Part shown: positions 29,729 to 44,612 of the stretch, piece by piece
Position numbering within the stretch: position 1 is the stretch's first letter
Layout: every line of letters starts with the position of its first letter
Assembly (NCBI RefSeq): GCF_009914755.1
Contig: NC_060925.1
Direction: 5' to 3' (one strand)
DNA from: the human T2T-CHM13v2.0 reference genome, Homo sapiens
DNA: 64,000 bases
Position numbers and translations under genes: made by a program
Notes under the pieces: generated by a model
The model's database searches: none
What the model saw: the letters and a program-made list of their open reading frames with translations, nothing else
Told to the model about the DNA's origin: nothing

Positions 29729-30871
29729 TGTGTCTGGAATTGGTGGGTTCTTGGTGTTGCTGACTTCAAGAATGAAGCCGCAGACCCTCGCATTGAGTGT
29801 TACAGTTCTTAAGGATGGTGTGTCCGGAGTTTGTCCCCTCAGATGTTCAGATGTGTCTGGAGTTTCTTCCTTCTGGTAGGTTCATGGTATTACTGACTTC
29901 AGGAGTGAAGCTGCAGACCTTTGCAGTGAGTGTTACAGTTCTTAAAGGTGGTCTGCAGTTTTTCATTCCTCCCGGTGGGTTCGTGGTCTCCCTGACTTCA
30001 GGAGTGAAGCTGCACACCTTCGTGGTGAGTGTTACAGCTCATAAAGGTGGCGGGCACTCAAAGTGTGAGCAGCAGCAAGATTTATTGCAAAGAGTGAAAC
30101 AACAAATCTTCCTCACTGCAAGAGGCCCAAGCCAGTTGCTGCTGTTGGCACAGGTGGCCTGCTTGTATTCCCTTATCTGGCCCCACCCACATCCTGCTGA
30201 TTGGTCCATTTTAAAGAGAGCTGATTGGTCCATTTTACAGAGAGCTGATTAGTCCGTTTTACAGAGAACTGATTGGTCCATTTGGACAGAGTGCTGATTG
30301 GTGCATTTACAAACCTTTAGCTAGACACAGAGTGCTGACTGGTGCATTTACAATCCTTGAGCTAGACAGAAAAGTTCTCCAAGTCCCCACCCATCCCAGA
30401 AGCCCCACAGGCTTCACTTCTCAATGGTACTCACCGGGCAGGACTTTGCGGCACCTAGCCCGGGCACTCCTCCCGGACAACCAAGAGGAAAAGAGGGGAA
30501 GCTAGAAAGAGAAGGAGACTTGCCATCATCACCAACGACCCCGCAAAGAGGGAACAGCAGTCCACGTGCGGGACCCAGCCTCCGATCAAACCCAGCAGGC
30601 GTTGGCCTGCCATGCGGAGGCACCGGGCCCACCTGGAGCCCGAGCCGCCAGCCTGCCAGCAGTGTGCACAGCCCTGGCTGCCGCCAGCATCTCTCCCTCC
30701 ACACCTCCCTGCAAGCAGAGGGAACAGGCTCCGGCCTTGGCCAGCCCCAGAGAGGGGGCCCCCACAGCGCAGCGGCGAGCTGAAGGGCTCCTGGAGCACG
30801 GCCAGAGCAGACAACAAGGCCGAGGAGGCACCTAGAGCGAGCGAGGGCTGCTAGCACGTTGTCACGTCACA
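29729..30871 (-). mobile_element. ERV9 solo LTR (long LTR12D/E-like)
   Basis: TG...CA ends; 4-bp TSD ctat at 29725-29728 and 30872-30875; U5 tandem repeats (gacttcaggagtgaagctgcag); tandem gctgattggt CCAAT boxes; GC-rich U3. Confidence 0.92.
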
Positions 30872-30960
30872 CTATTATTATTTCTCTTATAAAGAAGAAC
30901 AATTTAAGGCACGAATAGCTAAGGAAACCTGCCCTACAGCTGGTTAACATTTGAACATGG

Positions 30961-31268
<308 letters not shown>

Positions 31269-31326
31269 CAGTTGAGCAAGGATGGAATGAAATGGAACCT
31301 TGGAATCTACAAAAACTTGGTACTGA

Positions 31327-31624
31327 GGCCGGGAACAGTGGCTCACGTCTGTCATCCCAGCACTTTGGGAGGCCGAGGTGGGTGGATCACAAGGTCAGGA
31401 GTTCAAGAACAGCCTGGCTAAGATGGTGAAACCCCTTCTGTACTAAAAATACAAAAATTAGCCAGGCGTGGTGGCAGGTGCCTGTAATCCTAGCTACTCG
31501 GGAGCTTGAGGCAGAGAATTGCTTGAACCCTGGAGGTGGAGGTTGCAGTGGGCTGAGATCATGCCACTGCACTCCAGCCTGGGTAACAGAGTGAGACTCT
31601 TCCTCAAAAAAAAGAAAAAAAAAA
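31327..31624 (+). mobile_element. AluSg-like
   Basis: gatcacaaggtcaggagttc; TSD ttggtactga at 31317-31326 and 31625-31634. Confidence 0.95.
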
Positions 31625-31899
31625 TTGGTACTGAAGCAGTGTAGTATACTGCTTCACGTTCGAATATAAATGAAATATAATCTACAATGTAGAAAAGGCA
31701 TAAATTATAAGGAAGTAAAAAAGATTAAACATTTGTTCTATGACATCGCATGAAATGCATGCATTAAGGTTTTTAACAACTCAAAAGTACCAAGCTGTAG
31801 AGGGTCTTAACTAGAAACTTCAAGTAGCAGATCCCAAGTATAATTTGAAGACCACTAGTGGTGCCAAAAATATTTCAGGGAATATGCATGGGTCCCCCT

Positions 31900-32260
31900 T
31901 TTCCTGTTGCATTTTTGTGTAAAACTGATTTTCCTCATATACTCAACCAAAACAGCAGATTGTAACAGAACAAATGTAGAAGTAAAAGTAAATAGGTTAT
32001 TCTATTTGTCTGCTGTAAAGCCAGAAATTAAGGTTTGCAAATATAAAACACTGACACTCCTTCCACTATTTTAAAAATATATGCTTGTTTTTACAGCATT
32101 ATTTTATTTGTTAAACATATAGTAGGTTAATATTGTTTTGTGTAATTTCATTAATAAATATTTTTTATCTTTAACTTCAAAAATTATATATATATCATTA
32201 CATAAAATCTCTATAAACAAAAGGTTTTAGGAGTCGTGAAACAAAAAAGGTTGAGGATGT
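31900..32260 (+). mobile_element. Charlie1-like hAT DNA transposon 3' remnant
   Basis: gattttcctcatatactcaaccaaaacagcagattgtaacaga...aagccagaaattaaggtttgcaaa resembles the recalled Charlie1 3' end. Confidence 0.55.
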
Positions 32261-33724
32261 AAGGATTTAAATAACCAGATAATAGGCAGTGGTTACACAA
32301 GACTAAAGCAAGAAAAAATAGTAAAGACAGGAGTGAACATGACAAATGGTGATCCCATTGAGGATGCTGAACTGAGAAAATTACTAGAATGGATGGCTTA
32401 TGTTTGACAAAAAGGGGAAATAAAATTCAAAGAAATTTCTGAAGTATCTAAGCAGGATTAGCAGTTTAAATATAACTTATTATATTTTAGGCTGGAAAAT
32501 GCCATGATTTAAATTTATTGAAAAACTGACTTTACTGTGCTTAAAGGGGAGCTTATAAAAACTACCATCAAGAAAGCCTGTTACATGGATTGTGCTATGG
32601 AAATCAAGATACATACTGACTTCAAATAGGATTAGGGTGATGGTGATGGGATTATAGAAATCAGGCATAGTTTCAGACATATGAAAAGGCAAAATTTGCT
32701 GAAATTCGCCTGAACATAGAAGATGCAAGCGACGAAAGATCAAAAGTGAATACAGGATTCTGAATATTGACGATTGGAATAGACATAAGTTAATTTTTCT
32801 TACTCTGGGTGTAACTTCTAACATACCTCACAGATTTTACATTTATTAATTCCAGAGCTACCATTGAACATTTCCTTTGATCTTTTATTACACATTTTAG
32901 AATTCTTCTTGCCTAAGGATATAAAAGTTCAAGCAAATTGTTGATTAAAATATTCTTGTCAAAGAGCAACACATTTACATTTTATACAGCTAGTATATGA
33001 TATTTTGGTATATGAAAATTCAGCATGTAACAGTAATGTAAAATTTCTGGATTATTGGTGTTAAGCCTAGGATTGCATTAAAAAATGTTTACTAATGTGT
33101 AGAGCAGAGATACTGAACAAAGAGCACAGAATTGCCTTAAGAAACCTGCACATCCATGCCAGAGTCAGTGGTTGCAATTTAAACCGTGGTCTCCAGATGG
33201 TTCTCTGTATCATCAACTTGAGGTTACACATATTTCTAAAGGCTACAAACAGGTTTTTAATGACCCTGTCATTGAGCTTATAGCCATTAATTGCCTTTCA
33301 CTCCATTGGAGTAAGAACAGAATGATGCTCTGTGTTCAAATGTATGTATAGAAGTTAACTTAGTTTTGGTGATGTAAAAAAAATGAAAACTCTTACTAAA
33401 ACAATAACAAGAATGTTTTTGCTTATGTTAATGTATAAAAGGAGATCAAGTTGAAAAATATTTAACTTCATTTTTCAGCCTTTATCTAAGAAATAATGTT
33501 GTATGTTGCTAAAATTCAAACTGCTGTTCATCTCTGTCCAATGGAGAAAAATTCTGGTACTAATTTCATTTTCTGCCACTAACTCTTTGAGATCAGAACT
33601 ACTTATTAATTTTATAGCAGACAGCTATAATAATTGGTTACATAATTTCAGAGTCTACTGGAATTAAGTACACATGGTTAATCTGGTTTAGTATTTTTAG
33701 TTAAGATGGTTTAATATTGAGAGA

Positions 33725-33895
33725 CAATAATAGCATAGATTTTAAAGATAGAGATGCTTTACCAATATAGCCTGAGGTTAAAGTCCAGCAATACTGTAAG
33801 TAAGTCCTTGAGGACATCACCTAAACTCTCTGAACCCCACTACCTTCATCTATAAAATAAAAATGACAGTAGCACCTACCTCTTAAGATTATATC
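33725..33895 (+). mobile_element. MIR fragment
   Basis: Core-like tcacctaaactctctgaacc...ttcatctataaaat...agtagcacctacctc. Confidence 0.6.
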
Positions 33896-34062
33896 TAACA
33901 GTATCTACATTTATACTGTAAGTAAATTTGTTCCTCATTATGCTCTCATGTATGCATATAGAAAAATAATTAAAAATATGCATTACTTGATAGTATTATT
34001 TAATTATCTTTTAATGTTTTCTTTATGAAAACCTGATAGTATAATAATCATTTTCATCAAAG

Positions 34063-35605
<1,543 letters not shown>

Positions 35606-36110
35606 TCAAAAATGGGGTCTTGAAATTAACTACTACTGGTGGCATTGTAAGCTATGTTCACTATTATTGATTCTTGACAAAGTAAATAAATTCATGGTGA
35701 AACAACTTGCCCTCATGTGTACTTATGTTTAACGAATCTAAAGATAGTACTAGAGCAAAATAACATTAAAACGATCTGACTAGCACTTTTTTTTTTTTGC
35801 CACCTGCATAGACAGGCATCCAGGAAACTGTAATTACTTTGCAGTCACTTTGTTACATATATACATTTAAACAAAAATTCAATAATATTTTTAGCAATCC
35901 TGTAGACTAAACCTATGTCCCGTGACTCAACATATTTTGTGTAACAGGACCTTTAGGTATCTGATGAAATTTATAGAACCTCAGTGAGAAAAGGATGTGC
36001 ATATGTACATACAAAGAATGATTGGTATATTATGCTAAAGTCTTTAATGTCTTCTTTGAAGGACATCTGTGAAAAATGCGTGTTCTGTATATTTATAGAT
36101 GAAACAAAAT

Positions 36111-39100
36111 GGGAAGAGAGGGCAAGATGGCCAAGACCCAGCCAGGTGGAACAGCTCCCACAAAGGGACTGAGAGGACTGGCGTGCGTTTAAGCGATCTT
36201 TAGTGGGAAGGCTGAAAGTGGATGGAGGGAACACACAAAAGCTGAGCTGAAGTGTGAGAAAGCTGGGAACCCTCCATGGAGCTACTGCACACCGGGACTC
36301 AGTTTTGGACCACAGCAATTCCAGGGAAATGGGTGAGTTAAACTGGCAAAGAGCAACCCACTCTCACCACAGACCTCTGGAACCCCAGGAGAAGGGGAAC
36401 CCTCGACAACCACGGACACTTGAATTGTCAGGGATAGCTGCTTAGAGAAGTGGTAGGGGCAGCAAGACAGCTGATGTGGAGCCCAGAGGGTTTGATGTAG
36501 GAGTGTTTGTAGCTGAGCATGGTCAGGGAGGGCCATCCCCCTATGCTTGACTTGCTCCCACAAGAGAGTTTAGCCCTAGGGGAACTGTGGGAACTGATCT
36601 CTGCAGGGCGTTCTTGCACATCAGACAGGGCTGGTCTGACCCTAGGACCCCTCTGTCTGCTGGCCTCTCTTGGGGCCCCAGTCTAGCCATGCCTGCTTGC
36701 AGGGCAGTCTCAAGTACCCTGGGGGCTCTCACTGTAGCTAGGTTGCCCATTCCATCCCCATACTGCAGCCTCCCAACGTCTCATGGCAACTCAACACAAC
36801 TCCCCACATCACTTTGCTGTATGTCTGCATGGGCAGGTTTTGCTTTCCTTGCTCCACCAGCATGCAAGAGTGCAGTCTGCCTTCATCCCTCCTCCAACAA
36901 CTATTGCAGATGGAGCCTTGGTGGGAATAGAGCCAGCAAGCCTGGCCCCACCAGCACACTGCCCTTGTGCTAACACTGGGCAAGGAAGAGTGGATCCTCT
37001 TCCAACCTAGGCAATTACTCTGGCTTCGAGGGCACAAAGAAGACACCTAACCTGAGCCCTCCAGCACACTGCCGTGGAGCCAACCCCACCTCCAGTGCAA
37101 CCACTCACACAGTCTCCAGCAGTGGGCCCCCTTCCCCCCACCTCCACCCCAGTTATGCTGCCTCTGCCACTGTGGTGAGAGCCCACAGGGAAGCAGGCAC
37201 CCCAGCATCTGCTAGTTCTCTGCCACAGCTGCTACACCTTGGCTGAACCAGCACAGTGGATTCCAAACCTCAAGAAGCAGAAGCCAGAGAACATTTGGGT
37301 CTCAATACAAGTCCCCCAGAGTTAGAGCATGCCGTCTGACAGGATCAAATTCACACATAGCAATACTAACCTTAAATGTCAATGGGCTAAATACCGCAAT
37401 TAAAAGACTCAGAGTGGCAAGCTGGAGAAAGAATGATCAACTGGCATGCTGTATGCAAGAGACACATCTCCTGTGCAATGACATATATAGGCTCAAAATA
37501 AAGGGCTGGAGAAAAATATACCAAGCAAATGTAAAATAGAAAAAAGCAGGGGTTACAACCCTAGTTTCTGACAAAGCAGACTTTAAAGCAACAAAGATAA
37601 AAAAAAAAAGACCAAGAAGAGCATTACATAATGGTGAAAAGTTCAATTCAACAAGGAGATATAACTCTCCTAAATATATATGCACCCAATACAGAAGCAC
37701 TCAGGTTCATAAAGCAAGTTCTTAGGGACCTTCAAAGAGACTTAGACTCCCACACAATAAGAGTGGGAGACTTTAACACCACACTGATATTGTTAGGCAG
37801 ATCATCATAACATGACAGAAAATTAACAAAGATATTCAAGACTTGAAGTCAGCACTGGATCAAATGGACCTGATTTATATCTACAGAACCCTCCACCCAA
37901 AAGCAACATAATATACTTTCTTCTCATCACCACATGGCACATACTCTAAAACTGATCACGTAATTGGAAGTAAAACACTCCTCAGTAAATTTAAAATAAT
38001 TGAAATCATAACAAATAAGACCACAGCACAATCAAATTAGAAATTAAGACTAAGAAATTTACTCAAAACCATACAATTATGTGAAAATTGAATAACCTGC
38101 TCCTGAATGACTTTGGGGTAAATAATGAAATAAGGCAGAGATTAAGACTTTCTTTGAAACAAATGAGAACAAAGATACAACATAAATAACAGAATGTCTG
38201 GGACACAGCAAAGGCAGTGTTAAGAGGAACATTTATGGCATTAAATGCCCACATCAGAAAGTTAAAAATATCTGAAGTTAACAACCTAACATCACAACTA
38301 AAAGAACTAGAGAACCAAGAACAAACAAATTCAAAAGCTAGCACAGGAAATAACCAAAATCAGAGCTGAACTGAAGGAGATAGAGACATGAAAAGCCATT
38401 CAAAAGATTAATGAATTCAGAAGCTGTTTTTTTTAAATTAATAAAATAGACTGCTAGCTTGACAAATAAAGAAGCAAAGAGAGAAAATTCAAATAAACAC
38501 AATCAGAAATGACAAGTAGGGGTATTACCACTGATCCCACAGAAATACAAATGACCATCAGAGAATATTATAAGAACCTCTATGCACATGAACTAGAAAA
38601 TGTAGAAGAAATGGATAATTTTATGAACACGTACACTCTACAAAGACTGAACTAGGAAGAAATTGAATTCCTGAACAGACCAATAACAAGTCCTGAAATT
38701 GAATCAGTAAATCAATTTAAAAAAGCCCAGAACCGGACAGACTTGTAGCTGAATTCTACCAGATGTACAAAGAAGAGCTGGTACCATTCTTGCTGAAACT
38801 ATTCCAAAAAATTGAGGAGGAGGGAGTCCTTCATAATTAATTCTACAAGGACAGCATCATCCTGATACCAAAACTTGGCAGAGATACCACAAAAAGGAAG
38901 ACTTCTGGCCAATATCCTTGATGAACATTGATGCAAAACCTTCCAAAAACGTTGGCAAACCAAATCCAGAAGTACATAAAAAACTTATCCACTATGGTCA
39001 AGTAGGCTTTATCTCTGGGATGCAAGGTTGGTTCAACATACACAAATCAATAAATATGATTCATCACATAAACAGAACTAAGATAAAAATCAGCTCAATA

Positions 39101-41350
39101 GATGCAGAAATGGCTTTTGATAAAATTCAACAGCCCTTCATGTTAAGAACACTCAATAAGCTAGGTGTTGAAGGAACATATTTGAAAATAATAAGAGCCA
39201 TCTATGAGAAACTTGCAGCCAGCATCCTACTGAATGGGCAAAAGCTGGCAACATTCTCTTTGAAAATTGGCACATAACAAGGAAGGCCTCTCTTACCACT
39301 CCTACTCAACATATTATTGGAAGCCTGGGCCAGGGAAATCAGGAAAGAGAATGAAATAAAGAGATCCAAATAGGAAGAGAGAAAGTCAAACTATCCTTGT
39401 TTGTAGATGACATGATTCTATATCTAGAAAGCCCCATCTTTACAGCCCAAAAGTTTCTTAAGCTGAAAAACAACTTCAGCAAAGTCTCAGGATACAAAAT
39501 TGATGTTCAAAAATCACTAACATTCCTATACACAAACAGCAATCAAGCCGAGAGCCAAATCTGGAACACAATCCCATTCACAATTGCCACAGTAAAAATA
39601 AAAAATAAAATATCTAGGACTAGAGCTAACTAGGGAAATGAAGGATTTCTAAAGAAGAACTACAAAATACTGCTTAAGAAAATCACAGATTACACAAACA
39701 AATGGAAAAACATTCCATGCTTATGGATAGGAAGAATCAATATTGCAAAAATGACCACACTGCCCAAAGCAATGCATAGATTCAATGCTATTTCTATAAG
39801 ACTACCATGGACATTCTTCACAGAACTAGATAATACTATTTTAAAATTCATATAAAACCAAACAAGAGCCCGAATATCCAAGGCAATGCTAAGCAAACAG
39901 AACAAAGCTGGAGGCATCATGCTTCTTGACTTCAAACTCTACTATATGGCTGCGGTAACCACAACAGCATGGTACTGGGACAGGAGCAGACACATTGACC
40001 AATGGAACAGAACAGGGATCCCAGAAATAAGGCTGCACACCTACAAGTATTTAGTCTTTGACAAATCTGACAAACACAAGCAATGGGGAAAGGATCCCCT
40101 ATTCAACAAAGAGTGCTTGGATAACTGGCTAGTTATATGCAGAAGATTGAAATTAGAGCCCTTTCTTACACCATATACAAAAATTAACTCGAGATGGATT
40201 AAAGACTTAAATGTAAAACCCAAAACTATAAAAACCCAGGAACACAACCTAGGCAATATGACTCAGGACATAAGAATGGGCAAAGATTTCATGACAAAGA
40301 TGCAAAAGCAATTGCAACAAAACAAAAGTTGACAAATTGGATCTAATTAAAGAGCTTCCACCCAGCAAAAGAAACTATCAACAGACTGACTGAAAACCTA
40401 CAAAATGGGGAAAATTTTTGCAAACTATGCATTTGACAAAGTCTAATATCCAACATCTATAAGGAGCATACACAAATTTACAAAAAAGCCAACAATCCCA
40501 TTCGAAAGTGGACAAAGTACATGAACAGACACTTCTCAAAAAAAGATATACATGTGACCAACAATCATGAAAAAAAAACTCAACATCACTGATCATTAGA
40601 GAAATGCAAATGGAAACCACAATGAGATCCCATCTCACACCAGTCAGAATGACCATTATTAAAATGTCAAAAAATGACAGATTCTGGTGAAGTTATAGAG
40701 AAAAGGGAACATTTAAATAATGTTGGTGGGAGTGCAAATTAGTTCAGCTATTGTGGAAGACAGTGTGGCAATTCCTCAAAGACCTAAAGACAGAAATACC
40801 ATTTGACCTGGCAATCCCATTGCTGGGTATGTACCCACAGGAATACAAGTCATTCTTTTATGAAGACACTTGCTCATGTATGTTCATTGCAGCACTATTT
40901 ACAATAGTAAAGACATGGAATCAACCTAAATGCCCGTCAATCATTGACTAAATAAAGAAAATGTGGTACATATACACCATAGAATACTATGCAGCCATAA
41001 AAAAGAACAAGATCATGTCCTTTGCAGACATATAGATGAAGTTGGAGACCATTATCCTTAGCAATGTAATGCAGAAACAGAACACCAAATACCACATGTT
41101 CTCACTTATAAGTGGGAGTTAAATGATGAGAACACATGGACACATAGAGGGGAACAACACACACTGGGGCCTATCAGAGGGTGGGTTGGGAGAAGGAAGA
41201 GGATAGGAAAAATAACTAAGAGGTATTATGCTTAATACCTGGGTGATGAAATAATCTGTACAGCAATCCCCCAAGTCATAATTTTACCTATATAACAAAC
41301 CTCCATATGTATGCCTGAACTTAAAAGTTAAAAATAAACTTGAAAATAAA
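36111..41350 (+). mobile_element. Older L1PA (about L1PA13-16): 5'UTR, degraded ORF2 and 3'UTR, with ORF1 absent
   Basis: Starts ...caagatggcc; GC-rich 5'UTR to about 37336; then tgacaggatcaaattcacac (ORF2 start); EN motif GDFNT; [14 protein letters not shown] and FVDDMILYL; 3'UTR and A-tail. Confidence 0.9.
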
Positions 41351-43725
41351 AATGAAGAAGAAATACTCCAGTAACTGTAATACGTATTTATAAAGTAAAT
41401 TATTTAGTAAAATAAATTAATTCTTTTCATAGTATATTTCATATAATTTATATTATGTTAAATATTGTACACATATTGCAAATGCAATAGTTATACATAA
41501 ATATTTGTAGATTTATATACACATAAATATAAATTATATGATATATATGGAGATACTGAGAGAAAAAGAATTTGAGTATTGCAGACAATTTTTTTCTATT
41601 TTTATGTGGCTTATCACTTGGATAACTGTATTACACATGTATTTCATTTTATGCAGAGATATATGGTTTTAAATAACATAATTTACCTTATTTTCCTTTA
41701 AGAAAAATAGGTGTCAATAATAACATATTTAGCAAGAACATGTTGCCAAATTAAATCTATTCAGTTTATTATAGATGCAGAGTGGTAGTTTTAACATCTG
41801 CATTCACTTTTTGCCCTTAAGCACTTCTAATTGGCAAGTGTATATGTATTCACTGAGAAGAGCTTCACTAGTTTGGTAATTTCATTCAGTTACGAGACAT
41901 TAATTGATTCTCAAGTCTGTATGTTAAACTGTTAACTCATATAGAAAATGTAATGATATTTAAAAGGGAAAGTAGCACTTCTATTTGCTAAGATTCCTAA
42001 AGTGGTTAAGGGCAGAAAATAAAACATTAAAATGCAATTTATATTAATACCCTAGTTCCATTGGCCTTTGAGACAGGTATAATTACCTCTCTATCACTGA
42101 AACAGAATTGGATAGTCCTTAATGCTTCCAAAGATGGTTTTGTCCAGAAATATATTATATTTTATCTATATTTACCAATAGCTTATCATTTTTCCTTTTT
42201 ATTGTAGTAGTTTCATGCTACTGCTATTTAAGAGCAAAATGTGGTACTTTAGAAATTGGAAGCCGGCGCTGTCATTGGAAATGTGCAAAAGGCTGTGGCG
42301 GGTGCTCTCTTTTGAGAAACTTATCCTTTCAATGTAAAAAGCCTTAAGCAAATCTACAAAAGCCAAGGCAGCCTGTATAAAAGAGAATTGTGATGCTAGA
42401 ATTGGCACAATCGTACTTAGGACTATTCATGTGGGAAGAGCATATGTGACCCGAATGATAAAAGTGAGAATCATGCCAATGATGCATTCTGAAAGTTAAA
42501 TACGAGAGTAACTACTTCATCAGTCAGTATTTTTTTCTGCAAAAATTTGCATTTTGTTATATAATGCACTTTGGGGTGTTTATGCATTAAGTAATGAGTA
42601 AGAAAATATTTGCTCTTCTAAACAAAGCAAGAGAAAACACATGTACTTTCCTATCCGAATATATTAGTGGCACTTCATACAAATCAATAGCTGAAAGGTT
42701 AAAGTAGAGCATAGTCACTCATGTGGTGCCCAGCGGGATGCCTTAGCTCAATCTCCTTTCTACTAAGTCCAAGTCTAGTGGAATATTCATTTTCGCATAA
42801 GAAAGAAGAAGATTTGTTTTTCATTACACAGTCAAGCCAATGAATGGAAAAACAATTTTACCTTTAGCTTCTCTTCTTTCTCTGAGGCTGTACTAGATAC
42901 TGATATACATTTGGTAATTTTATATATCTGACCTTTCTATTTTCCAACAAAAATTACACACTTTCACAACAGTTTTGGGTTTCTTATGTAAGCATAAATA
43001 AGCTTTTGAAGATTATGGGTTGTACACAAAAATCCATCTATATAATGTCGGTTTTGTAACGGGATTTATGTATTACACCCAAACCCTTGAAGTACAGTAG
43101 TCTAAAACATGGCAGAAAAAAATATGTTGGTATATATTTTAATATATTTGATTATAATATGACAATGAAATGAAATATATTTTTCTATGACATTTCTCTT
43201 CAGTGATAATTTGTCTGATTTTTACAAACAAATTTGATATTCTAATTATTTTAACAGCTTTATTAGATGTATATTTCATACCATTCAATTGAAGTGTACA
43301 ATAGGATACTTTTTAGTATAGTCACAGAGTTGTTCAACCACCAACTGCAAAAGAAATCTAATAGATATTACAGACACTCCCCATTGCTCCTCAGCCTCCT
43401 AATTCCTTGCTTTAGTCTACTAATAGACTTTTTGTCTTTAAAATTTGCCTTATCTAGACTGTTCATATACATGCAAAACTACAACTTGGGGACCTTTGTG
43501 GTTCTCTTTTGACTTAACATAATTGCAAGTTTCACACATGTCTCAGTACTTCATTCATGTTTATTGTTCAATATTATTCTATTGTACTACTTTTTATTTC
43601 TCTATTTGTCTGTTGAAAGATAGTTGGATTGTTCCCACATTTAGGCTATTACAAATAATACTGGTATGAACATTTGTGTACAAGTTTTTTTGGTATATGT
43701 TGGTTTTCTTTTATCTTGTATTATA

Positions 43726-43746
43726 TGTGTGTGTGTGTGTGTGTGT
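43726..43746. repeat. (TG)n microsatellite
   Basis: About 10 units. Confidence 0.9.
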
Positions 43747-44129
43747 ATAGCAGTGGAATTGCTTGATCCTATGGTAACTTTATGTTTGATTTTTTTTTGA
43801 GCAACTAATGAAATATTTTCCAAAGTGGCTGCGCTGTTTTACATTTTTACCAGCAGTGTAAGAGACTTTAAATTTATCTGCATCCTCACAAATGCTTGTT
43901 ACATATTATTTATTATGACCTTTCTAGTGGAGGTGGAATATTATTTTGTCATGGGTTTGATTTGCATTTTGATGTTGGCTGATGTTGTCAAGCATATTAT
44001 CATCTGCTCATTGCTCCTTTGTATATGTTCCTTGCAGAAATGTTTATTCAAATCCTTTGGCTATTTTTCAGTTGGGTTCTTTGTCTTTTTGACTGAATTG
44101 TAAGAGTTCTTTGTTTATTCTGGAGATAA

Positions 44130-44612
<483 letters not shown>

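Noticed and set aside
29760-30050. Spaced repeats superficially like a CRISPR array
   Set aside because: These are the known ERV9 U5 tandem repeats in primate DNA; there are no unique spacers or cas genes.
29797-30857. ORFs of 120-151 aa and a CpG-island-like region
   Set aside because: Entirely within the LTR12; peptide repetition mirrors the U5/U3 tandem repeats.
29729-30871. Idea that this LTR12 is the missing, inverted 3' LTR of the upstream provirus
   Set aside because: It has its own ctat TSD and is a longer, different LTR12 subtype than the 431-bp 5' LTR.
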